From: Vicinamibacterales bacterium | GTDB taxonomy: Bacteria; Acidobacteriota; Vicinamibacteria; Vicinamibacterales; UBA8438 | DNA: 64,000 nt | Direction of reading: 5' to 3' | NCBI GenBank assembly: GCA_965263195.1 | Contig: OZ253664.1 | Location: 3,253,045-3,317,044, forward strand | Shown here: one piece after another, positions 26,490 through 35,172 of the stretch | Numbering within the stretch: the first letter of the stretch is position 1 | Layout: the number at the start of each line of letters is the position of its first letter | Translations under genes and position numbers: made by a program | The notes under the pieces: generated by a model | Seen by the model: only the letters and a program-made list of their open reading frames with translations | Databases searched by the model: none | Told to the model about the DNA's origin: nothing

Positions 26490-27158
26490 ATGACGCTCAA
26501 TACCGCCAGAGTGCGCGAAACCCTTGAACACGCGGACCGCTTTTACGCCGCATTTCACGCAGCGGAAACCTTCGGCGGCCCAAGCCTCTACTTCCATCGC
26601 CGGGCGCTCGAGACGAGGCACGCTCCGGCTTCGCCGCAGCACCTCGAATACGTTTACGCAACCCTCGCTTCGTGGGGAATGCACCGCATGGGCGCCGGCG
26701 GCTCAAAGATGCGCACGTTCGAAGAGTTCCGCGCCAGCGTCGAGCCCCTCGAGCACCAGATCGCCCAGGCGCAGGGTTTCGGCCCTGGCGCGATGAGCGA
26801 GGCAGACTGGTCCACCCTGCGGCAAATATTTTTCGGCCTGAAGATCATGGCGAGCAGCACGAGTCTGGTCGGCAACTCGAAGGTGATGCACCACATGCTG
26901 CCGAACATCGTGCCGCCTATCGACCGCGAGTACACGCTGCGCTATCTGTACGGCGCCACGACGATCGCCAACAACGTCGACAAGGAGTGGCGGAGGATGA
27001 GGGAGATCATGTCCGGCTTCTTCATCCCTGTCGCAAGCGACACGGCATTCGCCGCGAGGGCAGACAAGTGGATCGCGCTGCAGCGTCCATGGGACACCTC
27101 CGTCATGAAGGTGATCGACAACCTGCTCATAGGCAGTCGCAAGTCTGAGACAGTCTGA
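26490..27158 (+). CDS. Hypothetical protein, third gene of the HNH operon
   Basis: 222-aa ORF 27 nt after the second HNH gene. No motif recognised (..LVGNSKVMHHMLPNIVPPIDREYT..). Confidence 0.5.
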   Translation: MTLNTARVRETLEHADRFYAAFHAAETFGGPSLYFHRRALETRHAPASPQHLEYVYATLASWGMHRMGAGGSKMRTFEEFRASVEPLEHQIAQAQGFGPGAMSEADWSTLRQIFFGLKIMASSTSLVGNSKVMHHMLPNIVPPIDREYTLRYLYGATTIANNVDKEWRRMREIMSGFFIPVASDTAFAARADKWIALQRPWDTSVMKVIDNLLIGSRKSETV

Positions 27159-27259
27159 TAGTCCGCTCGACATGACTGGAACCTTCAGACTTCGGCTCGG
27201 AAGGCGGGACATCGGGAACTGGAGTGCCGGCACTGGAATACGGAGCGGAGAACCAAGAA

Positions 27260-27655
27260 GCCCCTCCAGGTCCTCCAGGTCCACGGCTTGCTCGGCCTTG
27301 TGCGCCAAGCGGGTCCTCTCGTCCTTCATCTTCGTGATCTTCGCGTCCGGGTCCTGCGGATGCGTCCAATCGTCATTGAAATCCTTCTTCGGGCGCTTGC
27401 GGTCCCTGCGGGCCAGTTCGGCGCGCGTCGGCGTGGCGATGCCCGCCGCCGCCGCCAGTCGTTGTAGGAACGTCTCGTAACCCGCGCCGGTATCCCACCG
27501 TACGATGCGTGCAACGCCGCATTGGCTTCCGGCGTCGTCGCGTCGATGCCGACCGTCTGGCCCCGGAGCAGACGCCTTGTAGCTTCCGATCTGGCGAGGC
27601 AATGCGCAACCGCGAACTTGTGGGACGGATTCGTCCCGCCGACTTCAGAAGGCAA
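27260..27655 (-). pseudogene. Truncated, frameshifted IS1182/IS5-family transposase remnant
   Basis: Two frames carry consecutive transposase blocks. One has LLRGQTVGIDATTPEANAAL. The other has IVRWDTGAGYETFLQRLAAAAGIATPTRAELARRDRKRPKKDFNDDWTHPQDPDAKITKMKDERTRLAHKAEQAVDLE. The N- and C-terminal parts are missing. Confidence 0.7.
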
Positions 27656-28262
27656 CCCCCTGCGAATCCGCCGAGTAGTCGGGGACGTTCCGCTGGAATA
27701 CGCGCCAGTAGTGCATGACGGCTGTGACGCGCTCCTGTCCGTCCGGCCCGCGCTCGACCGTTACGGGGTTTCTGCCCATCACCCCCGCGACCTCGTCGCG
27801 GTCGGTCATCAGTGCGACGGTCGCCTCGTAGATCTTGTCGTCTATCTTCAGGCGTACGCGCGGGTCGCGGGACACGTTCTGGGTCCAGTACTTGTCGTTC
27901 GGGAAGGGCGTCTGCATGCGGCGCTCGTCCGAGCGGGCGTGGATGTAGAGCTTGTCACCGCGCCCGACGATGCCGATGGTGACCGAGTGGGGAATGCCGT
28001 ACCACGTGCGGGTCTCGAGCATGACGGTGTCGCGGCGCTCCGGGTCGTTGAGGTTGTTGACGAAGTCCCAGTTCGTGACGAGCTCCCGGGACACGTTGCC
28101 CGTGAGCCACAGCCCGGGTCTGGCGATCCGGTTGTTGTTGGCGAATTCCTCGCCGCTGGGATCCAGGTATTGGGGCTCGTAACCCACCAGGCGCAACGTG
28201 AGGAGCGCCAGCACGAAGACACCCACTACTAGCGCGCCGCCGATCTTGACCGTTCTCGTCAT
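27645..28262 (-). CDS. Hypothetical membrane-anchored protein (weak resemblance to split-barrel/PNPOx-like folds)
   Basis: ATG at 28262 (MTRTVKIGGALVVGVFVLALLTL..), followed by a beta-rich region ..KLYIHARSD..WTQNVSRDPRVRLKIDDKIYEATV... The functional guess is weak. Confidence 0.45.
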   Translation of the reverse strand: MTRTVKIGGALVVGVFVLALLTLRLVGYEPQYLDPSGEEFANNNRIARPGLWLTGNVSRELVTNWDFVNNLNDPERRDTVMLETRTWYGIPHSVTIGIVGRGDKLYIHARSDERRMQTPFPNDKYWTQNVSRDPRVRLKIDDKIYEATVALMTDRDEVAGVMGRNPVTVERGPDGQERVTAVMHYWRVFQRNVPDYSADSQGVAF

Positions 28263-28387
28263 GGTCGTCCCCCCGGCGGCGACCGCCCGCTGAACGCGGG
28301 CATCGATCGGCCCCAGAGTATCACTCCGGTGGCCCACGACAAGTCAGCCCAACGGCGGACGTTCAGCCGCGGCACGATGCCCGATCG

Positions 28388-29227
28388 TTACGGATGCGCA
28401 GCAAGGAAACTGCGGAGATGGTCCGTCAGGACCTCCGGCTGATCGATCGGGACTAGCGTCCGGCTATCGTCGACCCACACCAACTGCGAGTTCTCGAAGT
28501 GCTCGGCCAGTCGGTTGGCGTGGGCGGCCGGCATCAGCTTGTCCTCCCGCGCCCAGACAATAAGGACCGGCCCGCGGAACGAGCGCTGTTGCTCGGCCCA
28601 CTCGAGTAACTGCTTCTTCTTCGGCACGTTTCGAAGGTACTTGTTCAGGTCGCGACGGACCTTCGGGTTGTGGCGCGCGGGATGGATCCAGCTCATGAAG
28701 AGGTCGTTCGGAACCCGCTTCTTCGACATGCCGCCGAAGGTCAAGGGGAGATGTCGAATCCAGCGAGGCCTCAACAATTGAACCGACATGAATGTGCCGC
28801 CTGGCAGGGAAGCGTTGAGGCATAACAGCCGGCCAGGCAGGCCCGGTGGGTAGTTGTCGAACGCTTCGCAGGAGATGAGCACGAGGTTCGCGACACGATC
28901 GGATCCTCCGGGGCTGATGACGAGCTGCGCGCCACCCCAATCGTTGCAGACGAGCGTGACGTCGTGCAGGTCGAGCTCCACGAGGAATTCGGCAACCATG
29001 CTTGCTATCGATTCAAGGGTGAGGTCGGCATCGTCCGGCATCGGCGTGTGGTGTGCGCCAAACGGCAGCTCCGGGACGATGCAGCGGTAGCGATCTCGCA
29101 AGCCGTCCACGACGCCATTCCACAGGCTGCCGTTCATTAGCACCCCGTGGAGCAGCACGATGACCGGTCCGTCGCCGCCGGTGTCCGAGTACTGGAAGCC
29201 GGCAGTCGTCGGTTGACCGGTTCGCAT
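28388..29227 (-). CDS. Alpha/beta-hydrolase fold protein with Asp-type nucleophile elbow (haloalkane dehalogenase/epoxide hydrolase-like)
   Basis: ATG at 29227. HG box VIVLLHGVLMNG, nucleophile elbow LVCNDWGG, C-terminal VLIVWAREDKLMP. The 203 upstream codons of the tracked ORF are shadow. Confidence 0.8.
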   Translation of the reverse strand: MRTGQPTTAGFQYSDTGGDGPVIVLLHGVLMNGSLWNGVVDGLRDRYRCIVPELPFGAHHTPMPDDADLTLESIASMVAEFLVELDLHDVTLVCNDWGGAQLVISPGGSDRVANLVLISCEAFDNYPPGLPGRLLCLNASLPGGTFMSVQLLRPRWIRHLPLTFGGMSKKRVPNDLFMSWIHPARHNPKVRRDLNKYLRNVPKKKQLLEWAEQQRSFRGPVLIVWAREDKLMPAAHANRLAEHFENSQLVWVDDSRTLVPIDQPEVLTDHLRSFLAAHP

Positions 29228-29345
29228 CTGGGGACCTCTTCGCGGGTGGGTATCAAGAGAGGTTCGTCTTCGACACGGTGTCGCGTGGACAAGATACCTC
29301 GTTCCGAAGATGGAGCCTCCAGGAAACCCGGTACTGTTCACAGCC

Positions 29346-30101
29346 TCATGAGTCCGGGCTCCGTTTCGCCTGCCAGTCCGTCGCGTGGGCCAGGCCGTGC
29401 AGCATCCCGAAATCAAACCGGGAAACGGGATTGAGGGACTCGCGCAGACCCTTGAGCGCTGCGGGCTGCTCGCCGATTTGCACACCGATGGCGCCGAGCA
29501 TGCCGCGCACGCGCGGCGGTTCGCTTGCCGCGACGTTGAGCAGCCGCTGGAAGCGATTCTCCTCACGGCACAGCGCCAACGTGCGCTTGACGGTTTCGTC
29601 GGGCGAGAGTTCGCTCGTCCTGCCGGCGCGTCGCAGGAAGTCGAGCAGCGCGGCGTCGGTTTCGGACAGCTCCTTCCAGGCTTCGGGTCTGCGGGTATGG
29701 ACCACCGTGTCGCTGCCCAGAAGCTTGCGCGGTAGCCGGAAGCCGCGTGTTGCCACTTCGGCGCGGCCGGCGCTTTGCGTCGTGAATCCGAGGAGGTTCG
29801 CTGCCGCGATGCCTGCGGGGAAGACAGACGTGTCACGCGAGGTCGCTAGCTTGCGGATGGCGGCCGGGTTCGGCCGGCTCTTCCCCAGAGCGGTCTGCCG
29901 GGCGCGGTAGTAGACGCCCTTGCTCAACCGTTCCAGTTTCCCTTCGCGGGCCAGCCTTGAAAGGGCCTGCGCCAGGGCGGAGGGAGAGGCGCCGGGGAAG
30001 TTGTCGAAGCGCCACAGGCGCTCTCCTCCCTGTTCGATCTGCTGGCGAACCCAGCGGGCGACCTGTCGTGTTCCGGTGGGAGGGTTGGTGCACCCAGCCA
30101 T
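29346..30101 (-). CDS. AbiEi/DUF6088-like antitoxin-type protein, orphan (no AbiEii partner)
   Basis: ..ALSRLAREGKLERLSKGVYYRA... and ..AANLLGFTTQ.. parallel the product of 51549..52145, which sits beside an AbiEii gene. Confidence 0.55.
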   Translation of the reverse strand: MAGCTNPPTGTRQVARWVRQQIEQGGERLWRFDNFPGASPSALAQALSRLAREGKLERLSKGVYYRARQTALGKSRPNPAAIRKLATSRDTSVFPAGIAAANLLGFTTQSAGRAEVATRGFRLPRKLLGSDTVVHTRRPEAWKELSETDAALLDFLRRAGRTSELSPDETVKRTLALCREENRFQRLLNVAASEPPRVRGMLGAIGVQIGEQPAALKGLRESLNPVSRFDFGMLHGLAHATDWQAKRSPDS

Positions 30102-30449
30102 GCCTCCACTCTGGGCATGACGTGGCGTTATGTCAAGTTTTTAAGCAAAAAAACGTGACGATATGGCACTCGAAGCGCTGAAGGATCTGCCGCGGATCGA
30201 CAAGAGCCACGCGCAGACGGCCCCGCCTGAGGCAATGGCTCGGCTTTTTCGGGTTGACTCTAGTAAACGCCGGGCGTAGCCTGCCGTCAGGTTGCATGGT
30301 ACCCGCCTAGACCCCTCTTGCGCAGGTAGACGCAGTTCCGATCCACGAGACATCGTAGGGCCGCACGGAGGACTTCCCATGAGCCGCCACCAAGCTGCCA
30401 CGCAGGCGTCTGATGATCCACTTGACCGTGAGATCCGCGCCTTCGAACG

Positions 30450-32556
30450 CCTCAAGGCTAGCCCAAGTTTACCAACCACAAGACTAACCCAATTTAGAAT
30501 CAGTGGTTTACGGCGACAGAAATGCCCGAGTGGCACTACAAACGCGCACAAACCGGGGAAATCGGTGGGTCAGACGAGCGTCTTGCGGAGGCCGCCGGGG
30601 TGTGGGTCGACGCCGAGCGCGTCGTAGATGGCCCGCTGATCGGGTTCGGCTTGGGTGGCCGTGCGCACATGCAGCGTGCGTCCATCGGGGCGGCGGAAGG
30701 TGGCGGTGACGCGCTGCTGGCCTTCCAGGATGCGGCGTAGCGTGGTCCAACTGGCGTGTTCGCCGTGCGCGCGCAGCCGCGTGCGGATGACCTGCACGAG
30801 CTGGTAGGCGATGACGGTGATGAACAGGTGGCCGTCGGCTCGCGCCGGCTTGCGGTGGTAGATCGGGCGCAGGCCGAGCTCGGATTTGAGCGAGCGGAAG
30901 ACGGCCTCGACGTCGGTGAGCGTGGTGTAGGTGCGCCACAAGGCGTCTTCGTCCCAGTCGGTCTCGCTGCTGCGCAGGCAGTAGACGCCCGGATGGGTAA
31001 CCATCGAGCCGTCCTGGGGGCGGCGAGTCCAGGTGACGGCGACGGCTTGGTCGCCGGCCTCGTTGGCGGTGACGGCGACCTGGTAGTGCGAGGCGACGCG
31101 GGAATGCTTGGTCTTCAATCGCCCGATGCGCTGCCAGACCTGGTCGAGGCGCTTGTGCGCGCGGGGGCGCGACAGCCCGTCGTTGAGCTTCGTCAGGGCG
31201 GTCTCGAAGCGGGCGGCGAAACGCTCGACGATGCCCCGCTCCTTCTCGGCCCGCTCCTCGGAGTAGCACTGCAGGCGCACTTCGTCGGGATCGGTCGAGA
31301 CCACCTTGTGCATGTGCACGGTCTGGTCCGACTGCGTCTGGAGCGACACGGCGGCAGCGGCATCGAAGCGGCGGTGGCGTTCGCGGCTGACCACCAGATA
31401 GCGGTAGCCGTTGTCGCGCAACCAAGTCACACAAGCGTCGGTGGCGACGCCGCGGTCCATCACCACCAGGGCGCCGACCGGCGCCTCCAGTGCTTCGAGC
31501 ATCCCGGCCAGCGTCCGGTGTTCCCGGACGTTGCCGGCGAAGACCTTCGAGCGGCGCACGAAGCCGCTGGCATCGAGCATCAGGCCCAGGGTCAGCAGCG
31601 GGCAGTCGCTGCGCTTCTCCTTCGAGTGCCCGCGTTGCGCCTGCGGCTGGTCGCTCGCCGCGCCCTCGAAGTAGGTGTTGGTCAGGTCGTAGAGCGTCAC
31701 CGTCGGCTGCAGGTCGAACAGCCCCATCGCGCGGTCGAACAGCTGCGCCTCGATCGCCTCGCGATGCTTCACCAGCACGTCCGAGGCGCGGTAGAGCTGC
31801 ATCGCACCGACGGTCTCGAAGTCGACACCGAGCAACTCCCCGAGACCGCTACGCGCCTGCAGCCAGCGGTGCGTCGCGCGCTCCGAGGCGGGCGCGGCCA
31901 GACGCCCGACGAGGGCGCCGGTGGCCGCGCTGCGCAGGGCGCCGTTGACGCCCAACCGGGTCAGCAGCGCCGGCAGGTCCAGTTGCTCGAGCGCCCACAG
32001 GCCGACCTGCTCCACGCCGACGCTGCGGGGGCGGACCAGCCGCAACGAGTCGACATCGACCGGCTGCACATCGGTCGGTCCTCCGGTCGGCGCGGCCGGG
32101 CCGCGGGCGATCAACTGCGCCGCGACCCGTTGCGCTTCCTCGTCCACGGCAGGCGGGCAATCGGCCACCAGCGGCGCCTGACCGCTCAACGCATCGTTGA
32201 TGCGAGCGCACAGCAGCGGCCAGTCCGCCTGGGGAATATGGAAGTGGCGACCGAGGTTGAGGAGGGTGCGCTGGCGCACGGTGCTGCCGAGGCGTTCGGC
32301 GTGCACCAGGCGATGAGAGAAGTAGGGCTTTCCGTCCTCTGTCCGCCGGGTTTGGGTGCGCCGAATGAACATGGTGCCCACCATAGCGGACGTACCTTGT
32401 CCCAGGCAACCCATATTATAATATTATGGCACTACATTCTACTCTTCCAAAACCCGATCCTTTGTAATCAATAAGTTGCAGGAATACCACTCCCCGAAAA
32501 CCGCCTAAATCCGCAAAATGACCGGCAATCTTGGTAAAGATGGGCTAGCCTTGAGG
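30450..32556. mobile_element. IS1634/IS4-family insertion sequence (about 2.1 kb)
   Basis: Terminal inverted repeats CCTCAAGGCTAGCCCAAGTTTACCAA (30450-30475) and the reverse complement of 32531-32556 (CCTCAAGGCTAGCCCATCTTTACCAA), 24/26 identical. They enclose one transposase gene. Confidence 0.8.
30570..32372 (-). CDS. IS1634-family (IS4-like) DDE transposase
   Basis: The product starts MFIRRTQTRRTEDGKPYFSHRLV... as IS1634-type transposases do. Later blocks YDLTNTYFEG, VVMDRGVAT..N, YRYLV and FRSLKSELGLRPIYH. Confidence 0.85.
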   Translation of the reverse strand: MFIRRTQTRRTEDGKPYFSHRLVHAERLGSTVRQRTLLNLGRHFHIPQADWPLLCARINDALSGQAPLVADCPPAVDEEAQRVAAQLIARGPAAPTGGPTDVQPVDVDSLRLVRPRSVGVEQVGLWALEQLDLPALLTRLGVNGALRSAATGALVGRLAAPASERATHRWLQARSGLGELLGVDFETVGAMQLYRASDVLVKHREAIEAQLFDRAMGLFDLQPTVTLYDLTNTYFEGAASDQPQAQRGHSKEKRSDCPLLTLGLMLDASGFVRRSKVFAGNVREHRTLAGMLEALEAPVGALVVMDRGVATDACVTWLRDNGYRYLVVSRERHRRFDAAAAVSLQTQSDQTVHMHKVVSTDPDEVRLQCYSEERAEKERGIVERFAARFETALTKLNDGLSRPRAHKRLDQVWQRIGRLKTKHSRVASHYQVAVTANEAGDQAVAVTWTRRPQDGSMVTHPGVYCLRSSETDWDEDALWRTYTTLTDVEAVFRSLKSELGLRPIYHRKPARADGHLFITVIAYQLVQVIRTRLRAHGEHASWTTLRRILEGQQRVTATFRRPDGRTLHVRTATQAEPDQRAIYDALGVDPHPGGLRKTLV

Positions 32557-32788
32557 CCGAGCATCTCCGTAAATGGGTCGTGTTCTCCGAAGGCAAGCTA
32601 TGGGGGACGTTCGACACCTGTCAGGAAGCGGCGATCGACGCTCGCAGAGAGCTTGGCGAGAAGGTGGTTCTGATCCGCCAAGTTGGGGTGCCAACGACGA
32701 TATCGTTACCAAGATCCCTGTTGGTCGAGCGGCCCTATGCCCCATGAGGTGGGCCGACCGAGTCCCTTCGATCTCCTCCAGTTCGGCC

Positions 32789-32827
32789 CTGCCAGTCCGC
32801 CGCGTGAGCCAGCCCGCGCAGCATCCC
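32789..32827 (-). pseudogene. 3'-terminal remnant of a second AbiEi-like gene
   Basis: 35/39 nt identical to 29370-29408, in the same orientation. Encodes GMLRGLAHAADWQ versus GMLHGLAHATDWQ in 29346..30101. Confidence 0.45.
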
Positions 32828-32943
32828 GCTCTCTGTTGACAGTGCCTCGAGCCCGGCTCCCGACGGCGGCAGGTTCGCGTAGACGCGCTACACGGCAGGC
32901 GGGTAAAATTCCCGGATACGATCTTCTTACCGGGGGAGGCACG

Positions 32944-33657
32944 ATGGCCATAATGCGAAACCAACGATTGACACTCGTCGTGCTCGCCGTAGTGCTTGCG
33001 GGAGCTTTCCACTTCGTGCTTGCGCAGCAAGCCCCGCCGGGGCCGATGTCGTTCTTTGTCACCAGTGTGGGCAAAGGCGATGGCGCCAACCTTGGCGGCC
33101 TTGCGGGCGCCGACGCGCACTGCCAGTCGCTGGCCTCGGCCGCGGGACGTGGTGAATTGACTTGGCGTGCCTATCTCAGCACGCAGGGGCCGAACGCGGT
33201 GAACGCACGAGACCGTGTCGGCAGCGGTCCCTGGTACGCGCACGGTGGGCGGCGGCGCGTCGCGCTCGACGTCGCTGAGCTCCACGGCGCCGACCCGGGT
33301 AGTCGCCGACGTACACTGCCCGCCGGCAGCGACGGGCAGGCCCTGCTCGGCAACGCGCTCGGCAAGATGATTTCATTGACGGAGAAAGGGACGGTGGTCA
33401 ACGGCGTCGGAGACTCGCCGAACCAACACGACATCCTGACCGGTACTCGGCCCGATGGCAGCGCGTTTACCGACGGGATGGACCATACCTGCGCCAATTG
33501 GACGAGCAACGGCGGCGGGTCAGCGCAGCTTGGTCATTCGGACAAACAGGGCGGGAACGGATCGTGGAATTCAGCGCACGCCAGCCGCGGCTGCAGCCAA
33601 GAGGACCTGGTGGCCACGGGCGGTGCTGGTCTGTTCTACTGCTTCGCCAGCAACTAG
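32944..33657 (+). CDS. Secreted protein with endostatin/C-type-lectin-like domain (DUF1554-like)
   Basis: ATG at 32944 after GGGAGG, with a signal peptide. GADAHCQSLASAAGRGELTWRAYLST, HTCANWTSNGG and GLFYCFA parallel the collagen XVIII endostatin blocks [33 protein letters not shown] and YIVLCIE as I recall them. Confidence 0.55.
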   Translation: MAIMRNQRLTLVVLAVVLAGAFHFVLAQQAPPGPMSFFVTSVGKGDGANLGGLAGADAHCQSLASAAGRGELTWRAYLSTQGPNAVNARDRVGSGPWYAHGGRRRVALDVAELHGADPGSRRRTLPAGSDGQALLGNALGKMISLTEKGTVVNGVGDSPNQHDILTGTRPDGSAFTDGMDHTCANWTSNGGGSAQLGHSDKQGGNGSWNSAHASRGCSQEDLVATGGAGLFYCFASN

Positions 33658-33660
33658 CCC

Positions 33661-34893
33661 TCAGACCGGTTCAGCGATGGGTTCGAGCCTCAGAAGCATA
33701 CCCTCGGCCTCGTCAGTCAGCAGATAGATGAGACCGTCCGGGCCCTGCTTGACGTCTCGGATCCGCTGCTTGAGCTCCATGAGCAACGATTCGTGACGGA
33801 CCGGCAGCCCTCTGTCGTTCAGGATCACGCGCTGCAGTTGGGCGCCGCGCAGCGCGCCTACAAAGATGTTCCCCTTCCAGGCCGGAAACTCGTCCCCGGT
33901 GTAGAAGATCAATCCCGAGGCCGCGATTGACGGGTTCCAGAAGAAGAAGGGTTGCTCCATACCCGGCGCGCACGGCTCGGGCAGGGTCGGACCGGAATCT
34001 GTGCCGGTGCGGTCTCCCGAGTAGGCGCGGCCATAGGAGATGACAGGCCAGCCGTAGTTCAAGCCCGGTCTGATGATGTTGATCTCGTCACCACCCTGAG
34101 GACCATTCTCAATCTCCCAGAGCTCGCCCGTCTCTGAATGAAACACCAGGCCCAGGGAGTTGCGAATGCCCATTGCGTAGATCTCCGGCCGGTAGTCGGT
34201 CTGGCCGACAAACGGGTTGTCGTCCGGGGCTGTCCCGTCGTCGTTGAGCCGTAGCACCTTGCCGGCATGGTCCGCTGGGTCCTGGGCGCTTTCCGCCGAC
34301 CCGATCGGATATCGCAGCGGGAGCCCAACCGACATATACAGCTTGCCGTCCGGGCCAAACACGATGCGTGACGCTTGTGCTCCACTGGTGACGGCATCCG
34401 CCTCGAACAGGTCGCGCACTTCCATCAGGGCAGAGCCGCCGTCGAAGCGCCCACGGGCCAGCGTGGCGGTCGCCGCGCGCCGGTCATCCAGCTTCGGTTT
34501 GGAGTAGGTGAAATAGACGAACTGGTTCTCCGCAAAGCGCGGGTGCAACGCGATATCCATCAGCCCTTTGAGCCGCACGGTGTTGACCTCGGGCATTCCG
34601 GCGATCGGGTCGGGGTCGAGCACACCGTTCCTGACGATTCGGAGACGACCGGACCGCTCGGTGATCAGCATGTCGCCGTTGGGCAGGAATGCGAGCGCCC
34701 AGGGGTGGGAGAGCCCCTTGAGCGGGACAACTCGGAACTGCAGCTCCCTGCTGGTGAACGTCTGCGGCTCGTCCAGTAGGGAGATTCGCTGGGTTGGGCT
34801 GGGCGCTTGTTGCGCGCTGCCGGCAACGACCAGCATGAGCGTCAGTGCCACGAGGACGGCTGCGGATGAATGTCTGGGTGCTATTAGGTGCAT
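33661..34893 (-). CDS. PQQ-dependent sugar dehydrogenase (soluble aldose/sorbosone dehydrogenase family)
   Basis: ATG at 34893 with a signal peptide. PWALAFLPNGDMLITERSGRLRIV, DNPF, IYAMGIRNSLGLVFH..TGELWEIENGPQGGDEINIIRPGLNYGWP. Confidence 0.85.
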   Translation of the reverse strand: MHLIAPRHSSAAVLVALTLMLVVAGSAQQAPSPTQRISLLDEPQTFTSRELQFRVVPLKGLSHPWALAFLPNGDMLITERSGRLRIVRNGVLDPDPIAGMPEVNTVRLKGLMDIALHPRFAENQFVYFTYSKPKLDDRRAATATLARGRFDGGSALMEVRDLFEADAVTSGAQASRIVFGPDGKLYMSVGLPLRYPIGSAESAQDPADHAGKVLRLNDDGTAPDDNPFVGQTDYRPEIYAMGIRNSLGLVFHSETGELWEIENGPQGGDEINIIRPGLNYGWPVISYGRAYSGDRTGTDSGPTLPEPCAPGMEQPFFFWNPSIAASGLIFYTGDEFPAWKGNIFVGALRGAQLQRVILNDRGLPVRHESLLMELKQRIRDVKQGPDGLIYLLTDEAEGMLLRLEPIAEPV

Positions 34894-35172
34894 CAGATTG
34901 GCCCTCCGACTCCGACAAAGCCTGATGAGGGGCATTCCCCACAAGGCCATACTGTACCTGATCCTTCAGTTCCCCACCGCTGTCACCGACACCGGGTTGC
35001 TGGCCCCGGCTACTCCTGCAGCGCCTGGCTCAGGTCGGCAGCGTGCGGAACGGACGGACCCAGAGCAGTTGCGCCTTACGCCTCAGCCGCAGCACCCGAG
35101 CCTTGGTGGTGCGGAGGCCGGTGGTCCGGAGGCGTGCCCGGAGCTTCCGACTTGATAGGGCGAGGCGGATTC

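Larger units (their letters stand above)
30379..32747 (+). pseudogene. Small DUF5678-like gene interrupted by the IS1634-family element
   Basis: The left part MSRHQAATQASDDPLDREIRAFE.. starts at ATG 30379 with a GGAGG upstream. The right part ..HLRKWVVFSEGKLWGTFDTCQEAAIDARRELGEKVVLIRQVG.. runs to TGA 32745-32747. The frames join if the IS plus one copy of an imperfect 5-bp duplication (CGAAC/CGAGC) is removed. Confidence 0.45.

Noticed and set aside
30756-32474. 572-aa + strand ORF inside the IS1634 element
   Set aside because: It is antisense to the transposase gene, with no motifs and an Arg/Gly/Ala/Val-rich composition.
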